A stretch of DNA of 64,000 nucleotides from contig JAUVHU010000003.1 of NCBI GenBank assembly GCA_030593145.1, positions 9,962-73,961 of the forward strand. Direction: 5' to 3'. Below the pieces are notes generated by a model. It was not told where the DNA came from and searched no databases. It was given only the letters and a program-made list of their open reading frames with translations. Source of the stretch: Desulfobacteraceae bacterium. GTDB taxonomy: Bacteria > Desulfobacterota > Desulfobacteria > Desulfobacterales > ETH-SRB1. Position 1 is the stretch's first letter. The number at the start of each line of letters is the position of its first letter. Of this stretch, positions 9,372 through 18,925 are shown one piece after another. Position numbers and translations under genes: made by a program.

Positions 9372-10952
9372 TTACTTAATTTGCAAAACCTCTCCGGCTC
9401 TCGGAACAATCACCGGAAAGCCTTCATTTGCAAGATGGTCGGCAAATAAAAGAGACTGATCCTCCTCTCCATGAACAACCGCGATCTTTTTTATCCGCAG
9501 GTTTGATTCCCTGACAAAGCGAAGCATTTCATCCTTATCTGCATGAGCGCTGAAACCGCCCAGCCTGACAACATGCGCTTTCAGGGGATAGGTTTTGTTT
9601 AAAAACTTGAGCATAGGCGGATTGTCCTTCCTGCCGGATTTTGCATATTCCCTACCTTTTTCCAGGATGCGCCGACCAAGGGTATTCTGAGCCATATAAC
9701 CGACTATAAGAATAGTGTTTTTCGGGTTATGGATCTTATAACGAAGATGATGCAATATACGTCCTGCCTCACACATTCCTGACGCCGCGATTACAATGTG
9801 CTGTTTTTCCTCCCGCATAAGCTCCATTGATTCATCAACCGAGCTTACAAAATGGATCTCATTAAAGAAAAATGGGTTTTTACCCTGCTCAAGAAATATT
9901 CCATTTGTTTTTTTGTCATATACTTCAGGATGCTCACCATAAACCCTGGTTAACTTTATAGCAAGTGGGCTGTCAACATACACCGGAAGCCGCGGAATAT
10001 CACCCTCATCGTAAAGTTCATGAAGTACATACAAAAGTTCCTGTGTACGGCCAAACGCAAAGGACGGTATTAAAAGCGACCCGCCGCGGTTAACAGTGTC
10101 GATTATTACCTGTTTTAATTGTTGTTTTAAATCCTTTACCGGCCCATGAAAACGATTGCCGTAAGTGCTTTCCATAATCAGCAAATCTATTTCGCGATCT
10201 TCTTCAGGAAAAACAAGGGTCGGGTCCCTGAGAATAGGTGTGCCAAACCTGCCGATATCTCCGGTATAACAAATATTGTATTGGCGGCCATTTTCTTTTG
10301 CCTTGATTAAGGAAAAAGCCGACCCTAAAATATGACCGGCATCATAGAATGTACAAGTCATATCATGCCCAACAGTTGCAGGGTGGCAATAAGGATAACC
10401 ATTAAAACATTTGAGTGATTGCTCTGCATCAAAAACAGTATAAATCGGCCGAACTGCATCCAGGTTCAACTTGTTAATCAACTCGTTAATTTTATCAGTG
10501 TTAAGCTTATTATGATTTGTTTTTAAGATTTTTTTTATTTCTTTTCTTTTGTGATTTGATACATTTTTCATGCCTGTAGAACCATTCATGCCGGACAAAG
10601 ATGAACGCACAATCTTATAATTAAGATAATTTGCGTCCGATTCCTGGATATGAGCAGAATCCTGCAGGAGATATTCACACGCATCGGCTGTCGCGCGCGT
10701 GCATATAATCTGCCCGTTGAACCCGTTCTTCGTCAGCATGGGGATTCGACCGGAATGATCTATATGAGCATGAGAAAGTATAATGTTGGTGATAATCTGC
10801 GGGTCAAAAGGCAAAACCCTGTTCTTTTGCTCGGTTTCTTTTCGTCTGCCCTGAAACATTCCGCAATCCAGCAGTATCCTGTCATTTTCCGTGCTTAAAA
10901 GATGCATGGAGCCGGTGACTTCTCGCACAGCGCCATAAAAGGTTACATTCAC
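9372..10952 (-). CDS. Metallo-beta-lactamase beta-CASP family ribonuclease
   Basis: SHAHIDHSG, AGHILGS, MESTYG, FSAHAD, VHGE motifs. Confidence 0.9.
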   Translation of the reverse strand: MNVTFYGAVREVTGSMHLLSTENDRILLDCGMFQGRRKETEQKNRVLPFDPQIITNIILSHAHIDHSGRIPMLTKNGFNGQIICTRATADACEYLLQDSAHIQESDANYLNYKIVRSSLSGMNGSTGMKNVSNHKRKEIKKILKTNHNKLNTDKINELINKLNLDAVRPIYTVFDAEQSLKCFNGYPYCHPATVGHDMTCTFYDAGHILGSAFSLIKAKENGRQYNICYTGDIGRFGTPILRDPTLVFPEEDREIDLLIMESTYGNRFHGPVKDLKQQLKQVIIDTVNRGGSLLIPSFAFGRTQELLYVLHELYDEGDIPRLPVYVDSPLAIKLTRVYGEHPEVYDKKTNGIFLEQGKNPFFFNEIHFVSSVDESMELMREEKQHIVIAASGMCEAGRILHHLRYKIHNPKNTILIVGYMAQNTLGRRILEKGREYAKSGRKDNPPMLKFLNKTYPLKAHVVRLGGFSAHADKDEMLRFVRESNLRIKKIAVVHGEEDQSLLFADHLANEGFPVIVPRAGEVLQIK

Positions 10953-10980
10953 AGTAAATATTCCTTAATCCTTTAATCCC

Positions 10981-11547
10981 TTAGCCCACTGACCAATTAA
11001 TATCATACAACCCTTTGTTTACAGATGCAATATGACCATTGAAAAACAGATGTTCAACAGGCCAGGTTTTGTCCATATAGTCTATCATAAGATTGTTTTC
11101 ATCAATTACTTTCAAAATTTTGCATCTTGACATATCTTTAAGGCCTGTTCCAACAGCCTTTAACACAGCTTCCTTCGAAGTCCAGTAACGAAAGAAAAGT
11201 GTGTTTTTATCAGTATCTGTCAGCTCCCATTCCCTTTGGTTCGCTATTTTCTTAAAGAGTGCTTCCCGGCAATCGCGTATCTCTTCAATGTCGATTCCTA
11301 TCCTTGAACAAGCTGTAACTCCGCCAACATATTTTGGTTTATGAGAAACAGACCAGTAGTTTCCATCAACAGGCATGGGAACACCTTTTTCATCTTTTAA
11401 AGGGTTGCCAAGATAAATAAAACTCTTTTTTGCGGAAAGTTCAAGTGCATTCCTTGCATATTTGCTAAGATACAATACCCTGTCTCTACCGGTAAGGGTC
11501 ATATTTTCTTCAGAGACAGGGAGTATAACCGGATAAATAGTATTCAA
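10981..11547 (-). CDS. 4'-phosphopantetheinyl transferase (Sfp-like)
   Basis: WSVSH, IGIDIE, FFRYWTSKEAVLKAVG. Start moved to TTG 11547 (GGAG RBS); the longer ORF runs into repeat DNA. Confidence 0.85.
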   Translation of the reverse strand: MNTIYPVILPVSEENMTLTGRDRVLYLSKYARNALELSAKKSFIYLGNPLKDEKGVPMPVDGNYWSVSHKPKYVGGVTACSRIGIDIEEIRDCREALFKKIANQREWELTDTDKNTLFFRYWTSKEAVLKAVGTGLKDMSRCKILKVIDENNLMIDYMDKTWPVEHLFFNGHIASVNKGLYDINWSVG

Positions 11548-11602
11548 TTGACTCCGTTTTGAGTGCCTAAAATTAAGGACACAGCCGTAGGCTGTAAACG
11601 CT

Positions 11603-11827
11603 ATGAACATTGAACATCGAACGTCCAACATCGAATTTTGAATAAGGAATTCTGCCAATTTATAAACTGACGAAGCGGTTTTATCATTAGATATTCAAAG
11701 TTCGATATTCAAAAATTTTTCTGCCACGGAATATCTCAAAAAATACGTTCCCAGATTCTACTTGGAAACGGGTGGATATTTAAACCCATCTGCGTTCATC
11801 TGCGTGAATCTGCGGCCGAATAGTTAC
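11603..11827. repeat. Stack of mini-elements (heptamer array, REP-like hairpin, 9-mer array)
   Basis: aacattg aacatcg aacgtcc aacatcg; cgttcccag...ttggaaacg; atctgcgttcatctgcgtgaatctgcgg; terminal ccgaatagttac. Confidence 0.75.
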
Positions 11828-13990
11828 CTATTTTTTTGAATCATTCGGTTTTTTTAAAATAATCCTGCAGTCAGCTACTGTAGCGCCCTTTCCTTCCTCA
11901 TGAACCAAAAGTGGATTGATATCCATTTCGCTTATTTCCGGATGATTTATTGCCATATCTGACAGGCTGACCATCGACCTTTCAAGAATCTCGATATCCG
12001 CCTTTGGTTTTCCTCTGAACCCCTGTAAAAGTCTGTACCCCCTGATGCTGCTGATCATTCTGCGGGATTCGTTCCTGCCGATAGGAGCAAGACGAAATGC
12101 AACATCTTGAAAGACTTCAACAAATATTCCGCCAAGACCAAACATCAGTAAAGAACCGAACACCGGTTTGCGACTCATGCCCAGTATCACCTCTTCTCCA
12201 GGCATAGCCATTTTTTGAATTAGAACACCTTTGATCTCAGCATCAGGATCGTATTTTCTGGCCTTTTCAACAATTTTTTTAAAACCTTTTTTTACATCTT
12301 CACGGTTCCCAAGCTGCAACATAACCCCGCCGGCATCTGTTTTATGAAGAATCTGCGGAGAAACAATTTTCATGGCCACCGGAAATTTCACACTCTCCGC
12401 AATGTCTGCGGCCTCGTCTTCACTTTTTGCAAAAATAGTCGGCAACACATTAAAACCGTAACATTTCAGCAAATCAACACCATCAAGTTCACCCAGATGG
12501 GTTTTGCCGTCCGCAAGACAGTTTGCGATAATCCCGGAAGCCCTCTCAGTGTCGTGTTCCAACACATACTGCTCTAAATGCGGCCTGCTCAACCACTTGA
12601 AATATTTGTAAAGAGCGGCAAAGGCCTTTGCCGCATTTTCAGGAAACTTGTAAACAGGATAACCATGTTCCTGAAGAAAATGTACGCCCTGGGATACATC
12701 CATGATTCCCATAAAGCAGCATAAAATGGGCTTATGAGTGTGCCTGGCAATTTCTACAATAGCCTCTGCCGTGCCAAGAACATTAGTCATGGATTGAGGT
12801 GTAAGAATTACAATGGCTCCATCTACCCCATCATCATTTATTACAGCTTCCAGCGCATTCTTATAACGATCTTGTGCCGCATCTCCAACAATATCCACCG
12901 GATTACGAAGGTTTGCGGTAAAAGGAAGATGGCTTGCGAGTTTATCAATTGTTTCTTCCTGAAATTCAGCAAGTCTCAGGCCCGATGACATTGTAATATC
13001 TGTTGCCAAAATTCCAGGTCCGCCGGCATTTGTAACGATAGCAACCCTGTTTCCGCGCGGCACCTTCCTTGTTAGTTTTCCAAGAGCGCTTTCACTTTTG
13101 TAAGCAAAGGCGGTTGCAAAGTCAAAAAGCTCATCAATTGAATCTACTCGAATTATCCCTGCCTGCTGGAAAACAGCATTGTATATTGCCTCGGAGCCTG
13201 ACAGAGAGCCTGTATGGGATGCCGCTGCCTGAGCCCCCGCGCTTGTTCTTCCTGATTTTATCACAAGTATCGGCGTAGGCCTGTTCCCGGAAGTAATCTC
13301 TTTAACAATATCTACAAACTCACGTCCCCTCCGGAGTTCCTCAAGATAAACCATTATAACTCTTGTATCAATATCCTCATGCAGATAACGCAACAGATCG
13401 AGCTCATCCACATCCGCCTTGTTGCCGATGGAAATAAACTTTGAAAAGCCAAAATCCCTGTCAGCCGCAAAATCGAGAACCGCTGTACACAATGCCCCAC
13501 TCTGAGAAATAAAAGAAATATCACCGCTTGACGGCATACGGACAGCAAAACTGGCATTCAGACTTACCGAGGGCAGCGGGTTAATTACGCCAAGGCAGTT
13601 TGGGCCGACCAAACGCACTCCTGCCTCCTTGCAAATGGCTGCTATTCTGTTTTCCATCTCAAGCCCTTCGCCCCCAACTTCTCGAAAGCCCGCGGAAACA
13701 ATCACAATTCCCTTTACTTTTTTCTTAACAGCATCTTCAACCGCTTTCATGGCAAACTTGGGAGGAAGAATTATTATTGCGAGATCAACATCATCCGGCA
13801 CATCCATAATTGACGGATATGCTCTTACGCTCAAAATCGACTTTGCATGCGGATTTACCGGATATAAGATTCCTTTATAATTACCTTTTAAAATATTGGC
13901 AAAAATATCATGCCCGACCTTTCCGGGCTTTGTAGAAGCCCCGACAACAGCTATCGATTGCGGGGAAAAAATTGCATCAAGATCATGCAT
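11828..13990 (-). CDS. ADP-forming acetate/acyl-CoA ligase, fused alpha/beta
   Basis: VVGAS, GPNCLG, SQSGAL, SHTGSL (phospho-His), ATP-grasp HKTDAGGV and MDINPL. Confidence 0.9.
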   Translation of the reverse strand: MHDLDAIFSPQSIAVVGASTKPGKVGHDIFANILKGNYKGILYPVNPHAKSILSVRAYPSIMDVPDDVDLAIIILPPKFAMKAVEDAVKKKVKGIVIVSAGFREVGGEGLEMENRIAAICKEAGVRLVGPNCLGVINPLPSVSLNASFAVRMPSSGDISFISQSGALCTAVLDFAADRDFGFSKFISIGNKADVDELDLLRYLHEDIDTRVIMVYLEELRRGREFVDIVKEITSGNRPTPILVIKSGRTSAGAQAAASHTGSLSGSEAIYNAVFQQAGIIRVDSIDELFDFATAFAYKSESALGKLTRKVPRGNRVAIVTNAGGPGILATDITMSSGLRLAEFQEETIDKLASHLPFTANLRNPVDIVGDAAQDRYKNALEAVINDDGVDGAIVILTPQSMTNVLGTAEAIVEIARHTHKPILCCFMGIMDVSQGVHFLQEHGYPVYKFPENAAKAFAALYKYFKWLSRPHLEQYVLEHDTERASGIIANCLADGKTHLGELDGVDLLKCYGFNVLPTIFAKSEDEAADIAESVKFPVAMKIVSPQILHKTDAGGVMLQLGNREDVKKGFKKIVEKARKYDPDAEIKGVLIQKMAMPGEEVILGMSRKPVFGSLLMFGLGGIFVEVFQDVAFRLAPIGRNESRRMISSIRGYRLLQGFRGKPKADIEILERSMVSLSDMAINHPEISEMDINPLLVHEEGKGATVADCRIILKKPNDSKK

Positions 13991-14897
13991 GCTGGTTCTC
14001 CTGTTTAATCTTCAAAGCTTCGTTATATACCTTATTCTTAGAAATATTGTATTGCTTTGACATCTCTTTTGCAAGCTCAGAAAGCCTTGTGCCTTTTATT
14101 TGCAGCCGTTTTTTTATTTCATCTCTTATAGTCTTCATGGAAATGTCTTCCTTTTTTTTGCGACCGCCGACAAGAAGAGTGCATTCCCCTTTTACTTCAG
14201 GACGTTCCTTTAATCTGGAAAGGATATCAGACAAAGCGCCCCTGATATATTCCTCATGAAGTTTGGTCATTTCACGAGACAAAACTCCCTTTCTGTCTCC
14301 AACAACCATTATTATTTCCTCTAAAAATTTTAAGATACGCTTTGGAGATTCATAAAATATTATTGTTCTGCGTTCACCGGCAAGCTGCTTTAACTGTTCA
14401 AGACGTTTCGCCTTTTTTCTCGCTGGAAAACCCGCGAAAATAAAGGAATCTGTTGGCAACCCGGCAACGCTGAGGGCGGTAATGGCTGCAGACACACCTG
14501 GCACCGGAATAACCTGAATGCCGCTAGCTGCAGCCTCTTTTATCAAGTGATAGCCTGGATCGGAAAGGAGCGGTGTCCCTGCATTCGACACAAGCGCAAC
14601 AGACAGTCCTGAATTAAGTTTATCCAACAGTGCGGGTATTTTCTTTCTTTCGTTATGTTCATGACATGAAGTGAGACGACCCTTAATCTTATAAAAAGAC
14701 AGAAGCTTTCTTGTGTGCCTCGTATCTTCAGCCGCAATAATATCGATCTGCCTGAGAATATTAAGAGCCCTTAATGTTATATCCTCCATATTTCCTATGG
14801 GAGTAGCAACAACATAAAGATTACCCTTAAGGATTGTTGATTGTTGATTGTTGATTGTTGGTTGATAATTAATGAATTCCGGATTATGTATAGGCAT
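13983..14897 (-). CDS. rsmI: 16S rRNA C1402 2'-O-methyltransferase
   Basis: LYVVATPIGNMEDIT, AAEDTR, AGTPLLSDPG, YESPKR, REMTKLHEE; probable ATG at 14897. Confidence 0.95.
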   Translation of the reverse strand: MPIHNPEFINYQPTINNQQSTILKGNLYVVATPIGNMEDITLRALNILRQIDIIAAEDTRHTRKLLSFYKIKGRLTSCHEHNERKKIPALLDKLNSGLSVALVSNAGTPLLSDPGYHLIKEAAASGIQVIPVPGVSAAITALSVAGLPTDSFIFAGFPARKKAKRLEQLKQLAGERRTIIFYESPKRILKFLEEIIMVVGDRKGVLSREMTKLHEEYIRGALSDILSRLKERPEVKGECTLLVGGRKKKEDISMKTIRDEIKKRLQIKGTRLSELAKEMSKQYNISKNKVYNEALKIKQENQHA

Positions 14898-14948
14898 GTT
14901 CAAAGTCTTTTCAATCGACAATCATAAATCATTAATCATCAATCCTTA

Positions 14949-15320
14949 TTATGTATAGGCAAGTTCAAAGGCATTTTTAATTATTTCTATGCTCTGGTCG
15001 CCCTGTATTGGATGAATAGCCACCACATCAAATCTTGCCTTGACATCTCTTAGTTTTGTGGCTTTGAGATAATATAAAGCTACCATCGAAATCTTCCGCT
15101 GTTTTTTGGGGGTTACTGCCCATTTGGGATTTCCGAAACGATATGATCTCCTTGCTTTGACCTCTATAAAAACAATTGCGCCTTTTTCTTTTGCTATTAT
15201 ATCGATTTCGCCGAGTTTAGTGCGGTAATTTTGCTCAAGGATCCTGTACCCGTGTTTTTTAAGATGTTCAACAGCAACTGCTTCACATATTTCACCAAAT
15301 TGCTGATCCCTGCTTTTCAT
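14949..15320 (-). CDS. yraN: YraN family protein (UPF0102)
   Basis: NYRTKLGEIDII, FIEVKAR, RFDVV. Confidence 0.92.
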   Translation of the reverse strand: MKSRDQQFGEICEAVAVEHLKKHGYRILEQNYRTKLGEIDIIAKEKGAIVFIEVKARRSYRFGNPKWAVTPKKQRKISMVALYYLKATKLRDVKARFDVVAIHPIQGDQSIEIIKNAFELAYT

Positions 15321-15467
15321 TAGAATTGTCCCTTTTTCACAAGACTTTGATATTTTCGTAAAAAGTTACAAAAATTATTTTAAGGTTTATATCAATTAAT
15401 CAATCAAAAATCAATATACTTGACGCTGAAGCTTTTTTTTGTGGTACAAGAACAAAAAAAGCTGATG

Positions 15468-15611
15468 TGAGACCTTTGCAAAACGCCCCCTTTTGCCCAA
15501 TTTCAGCGTCAGGCTCAGATTTTAATCCTCGAAATATTCAATATATTCCTCCGGTTAAAATCTTCGCCTTCCTTGAACTTGAGCAAAATTGAGCATTTTT
15601 CAAAAGTCTCA
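15468..15611. mobile_element. MITE-like palindromic element, family A
   Basis: TIR tgagacctttgcaaaa / ttttcaaaagtctca; copies at 25081-25246 and 54027-54334; arms at 1-20, 24407-24437, 44935-45000. Confidence 0.8.
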
Positions 15612-15643
15612 ATGTTCAAATAACAAGTCGAATATAATGAACC

Positions 15644-16399
15644 ATGGTTACCATTGAATCAACAGGCATTACTGATATTGGTAAAAGACGGAAGAACAAT
15701 GAAGACTCTATGCTCCTTGATGACGAACAAAGGCTCTATGTTGTTGCCGACGGCATGGGCGGACATCAAGCCGGAGAAGTAGCCAGCAAGCTTGTAGTGG
15801 AAACAATCCGGCACTATATGAAGCAATTCAAGGATGGGGGTAAAACTGAAGAATTAGACGACTCCGACGAAACTCTCTCCAGGGAAGCCAATCGGTTATT
15901 AGCCGGCATCAACATGGCCAACAATGTTGTTTATAATGTCTCCCATATAAAAAACACTTACAGCGGGATGGGCTCCACTGTATCGGCTGTATATTTTACT
16001 AACAAAACTCTTATCTCCGCCAATGTTGGTGACAGCCCGATTTATCTTGTTCGCAACGGAAACATAGAGCTTCTATCCACAACTCACAACCAGTTTTCCG
16101 AGATGGTAGCTCTTGACCCCGCCATGGCGATGCAGATTAGCCCCGAGTTTAAACATATACTCACCAGAGCCATAGGAACAAAAAAAAGCGTAAAAGCTGA
16201 TATCTGCGAAATTCGGTATTTCAAAGAAGATATTCTGGTTATTAGTTCCGATGGATTGAGCAACAAAATCTCTCAGGAAGAAATACTTGACGTTATAAAT
16301 AAAGAGCGACCCGATAAAGCCTGCCGCTCCCTTGTGGATCTGGCCAACAAACGTGGTGGAGATGACAATATTACTGTTATTACTTTAAACCTAAATTGA
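15644..16399 (+). CDS. PP2C-family Ser/Thr protein phosphatase
   Basis: NEDS, VADGMGGH, NVGDS, SDGL, GGDDNIT. Confidence 0.93.
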   Translation: MVTIESTGITDIGKRRKNNEDSMLLDDEQRLYVVADGMGGHQAGEVASKLVVETIRHYMKQFKDGGKTEELDDSDETLSREANRLLAGINMANNVVYNVSHIKNTYSGMGSTVSAVYFTNKTLISANVGDSPIYLVRNGNIELLSTTHNQFSEMVALDPAMAMQISPEFKHILTRAIGTKKSVKADICEIRYFKEDILVISSDGLSNKISQEEILDVINKERPDKACRSLVDLANKRGGDDNITVITLNLN

Positions 16400-16418
16400 G
16401 CTATTTTTTACCAGACCG

Positions 16419-16982
16419 TCAATAGTAAATTCTATCTGTTAATACTTTCCCGTTTTTCGCAAACCTAATCTTTTCAAGTTCAAGCAAAGACCGTTTCATC
16501 TCCGGTCCGCTCATGAATCCACCAGAATGGCCGTCTGACCTGACAACCCGATGGCATGGAATAACTATTGGAAACGAATTATGCGATAACGCTGAACCAA
16601 CCGCCCTCGCGCCGCCGGCAATTCCCAGACTCTCTGCAATCCTTCCATAAGTGCTTATCCACCCGCGGGGAATATCAAAACATGCTGAGAGAACCTTTCT
16701 TTGAAACTCTGAGCACTCTTCAAGGGCAACAGCTTCCAGTTTAAAAATAATCGATTCACCCTCAAGAAATTTATTTATCTGTTCGCCAAGCACTTTAATA
16801 AAAGAACACGATCGAAAACTCACATCAGCGAAATTACTATGGACAAGTTTTTCCAGGGGCTTTCTTTTATCTGATAAAAAAATTCGATAAACTTTTGGCC
16901 CATCTATAGTTTCCTGCCAAACGACAGCAAATAAGCTAAAAGCCGATGGAATCAATATATAATACATTAAGCTACCATACAA
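16419..16982 (-). CDS. ogt: Methylated-DNA-protein-cysteine S-methyltransferase
   Basis: STYGRIA, ARAVGSA, IPCHRV. Confidence 0.9.
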   Translation of the reverse strand: MYGSLMYYILIPSAFSLFAVVWQETIDGPKVYRIFLSDKRKPLEKLVHSNFADVSFRSCSFIKVLGEQINKFLEGESIIFKLEAVALEECSEFQRKVLSACFDIPRGWISTYGRIAESLGIAGGARAVGSALSHNSFPIVIPCHRVVRSDGHSGGFMSGPEMKRSLLELEKIRFAKNGKVLTDRIYY

Positions 16983-17032
16983 AAAAACAGTTCTTCATTT
17001 TAAGTAAGAAAGCCACCGATCTACGCTGATCA

Positions 17033-17209
17033 TCACTGATATAATTCTGTAACCGTCTCCAGAACATCTTCCTTGGACAAAAAACCCAGTTTGACCGCTC
17101 TGCAGACGAGAAAATCGTCTTCCTGTACCCTGCTCAATTCGCGCTCATGCGCAAAACGGGCCAGCTCCTGCAACTTTTTACGAATTGATTTTGCATACTG
17201 AAGCATCAT
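17033..17209 (-). CDS. Small hypothetical protein (58 aa), possibly a gene remnant
   Basis: Hand-translated MMLQYAKSIRKKLQELARFAHERELSRVQEDDFLVCRAVKLGFLSKEDVLETVTELYQ; below the ORF-track cutoff. Confidence 0.4.
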   Translation of the reverse strand: MMLQYAKSIRKKLQELARFAHERELSRVQEDDFLVCRAVKLGFLSKEDVLETVTELYQ

Positions 17210-17284
17210 ATTTTACAATCATTTCAATAGGATCTGCATAAATAGATATCAACTAATGTACTGATCAAGATACCAAGTTCTTTT

Positions 17285-18223
17285 TCATTGTCTCCGCGAT
17301 CTGGGACGAACCGATTTGAAATATTCGACCTGCTTTTTCCAGTTGAAGCCGCAAGCTGTGTGACAATCGAATGGCCCGAACAGGATGTTGTAGTGATAGG
17401 ATTTACCGCATTTAGGGCAGCTCAGGTTAAAGGTCAGCACGCCTTCCTCTTCGGCCTCCCGATATCCTTCTATTCCGACAAACTGTATGCTGGCGTTCTG
17501 GTCACAGCCATCAGGGCAACGAAACATAATATAGTGGTCCGAAGCCATTGCGATATCTGGGAGCCTGTAATCAGCGCATCCGCTTAGGGTATAGGTCATA
17601 ATGTTTGTCCGTGGTTCTCCGGGTTCCTCTATTTCAACGGTCTTTCGCGTCTCTTTTTTATCGTCCTTATAATAGCGAATCCTTATCAGGCGATCGTATT
17701 TTTGGACCATTTTTGCTGTCCCCTTGCCACCACGGACAATCGTATTGCTGATTTGGGCATTGGCGTAAAATGTGTCCGCATCTCTCACCCAATCTAATTC
17801 CTGTTCCCGGAGATTGACGGCCCTTTCAACTTTTTCGGAAGGCCAGCCCAGCCGAGCGGCAATCATTTTGACATGGTGGATTTCAAGGGGATCGGCTTCT
17901 TCAATAATGATTTTGTTGAGTGACTCCCACAGAGCTTCGGCAAGATCCTCAAGAACTACGGTCTCTGCCTTTTTGTCGATTTCCTTGTGGTTAGATTGAT
18001 AAAAATCGTCCCGATCCACGTATTTTGTATCGACAAGCATCTCTTCAACGATTTCGTCGATTGCCTCTTGTCGTCTTTCCCTGTACTTATCTTCCTCTAT
18101 TTTCAAAGGATACAGTATGTTGGCTACTTCACTTGCCCTCTTTGTGGCGGTTTCCCTGTTGGAGAAGATTGCGCCACCCAATCCCCATGGCTGGTCTGAA
18201 ATATTCACAAAAACAGTTGTCAT
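17285..18223 (-). CDS. Hypothetical protein with Cys-rich C-terminal region
   Basis: 312-aa ORF with GGAGG RBS and promoter; CPDGC, CPKC, CHTAC motifs. Confidence 0.75.
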   Translation of the reverse strand: MTTVFVNISDQPWGLGGAIFSNRETATKRASEVANILYPLKIEEDKYRERRQEAIDEIVEEMLVDTKYVDRDDFYQSNHKEIDKKAETVVLEDLAEALWESLNKIIIEEADPLEIHHVKMIAARLGWPSEKVERAVNLREQELDWVRDADTFYANAQISNTIVRGGKGTAKMVQKYDRLIRIRYYKDDKKETRKTVEIEEPGEPRTNIMTYTLSGCADYRLPDIAMASDHYIMFRCPDGCDQNASIQFVGIEGYREAEEEGVLTFNLSCPKCGKSYHYNILFGPFDCHTACGFNWKKQVEYFKSVRPRSRRQ

Positions 18224-18250
18224 CCTTTCATCCTCCCGCGTTTGATATTA

Positions 18251-18321
18251 TTTGCCAAATATAGCAACTTTAATTGTATTGTCAACCAATAAAATAAAAT
18301 AAATTTACCATATATAGCAAA
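18251..18321 (-). promoter_or_regulatory. Sigma70 promoter with two palindromic operator-like boxes
   Basis: TTGACA (18285-18280), 16-bp spacer, TGnTATATT; boxes tttgccaaatatagcaac (18251-18268) and tttaccatatatagcaaa (18304-18321). Confidence 0.55.
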
Positions 18322-18482
18322 TTAATGAAAGTGTCGTGGTGATAAGAAGGGAATGGTCTTCAAAGGTCAAACGAGAAATCGTCAGGAGCAACATAATGAC
18401 ACCCATATGCCTCATCAGCATGGTAAGATGCCAACTAATTTACAAATGGACCGCAAGTCCACCCGCTCAGCAGCTTTTTTAC

Positions 18483-18528
18483 TTGACATCTCAATCTGAT
18501 TAGAATATGTATTTGTACAAGTACATAT
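18483..18528 (+). promoter_or_regulatory. Promoter with a 24-bp palindromic operator upstream of the HTH-MTase module
   Basis: TTGACA 18483-18488; atatgtatttgt|acaagtacatat 18505-18528 (11/12 pairs) over the -10 region. Confidence 0.6.
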
Positions 18529-18574
18529 CGTAGTTACTTTCTTTCCCATTCTCCATCACTTTAAAGGATTTATT

Positions 18575-18829
18575 ATGAACGCAGGAGACATCCTTCAACA
18601 AGCTGATGGTCTTACCCATGACAAGCTCACATACTTTGTCAGAGCTGGTTATCTCAATCCAAAAAAAATCAAAAAAGGTTCTCTAAATTATAACAAATTT
18701 TCAGGAAAAGATTTGTTTCTTGTCAAACGTGCTTGGGAATACATCAAAACATACGACATGAAAACAAAAGCCGCCTTTAAACGGGCTGAAAATGAGTTTA
18801 AAGACCCACAGATGGCTCTATGGAGATAA
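18575..18829 (+). CDS. Small MerR-like winged-HTH protein
   Basis: GLTHDKLTYFVRAGYLNP...YNKFSGKDL matches the MerR HTH pattern. Confidence 0.7.
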   Translation: MNAGDILQQADGLTHDKLTYFVRAGYLNPKKIKKGSLNYNKFSGKDLFLVKRAWEYIKTYDMKTKAAFKRAENEFKDPQMALWR

Positions 18830-18925
18830 TGTCTAATATGCAAACCAGCGGCCTGATGGTTTGTTCAACAGAAATAGAAAGATTACACCAGAGAGCAAAG
18901 CCAAATGCTCTAAATAGAGGCTGGC

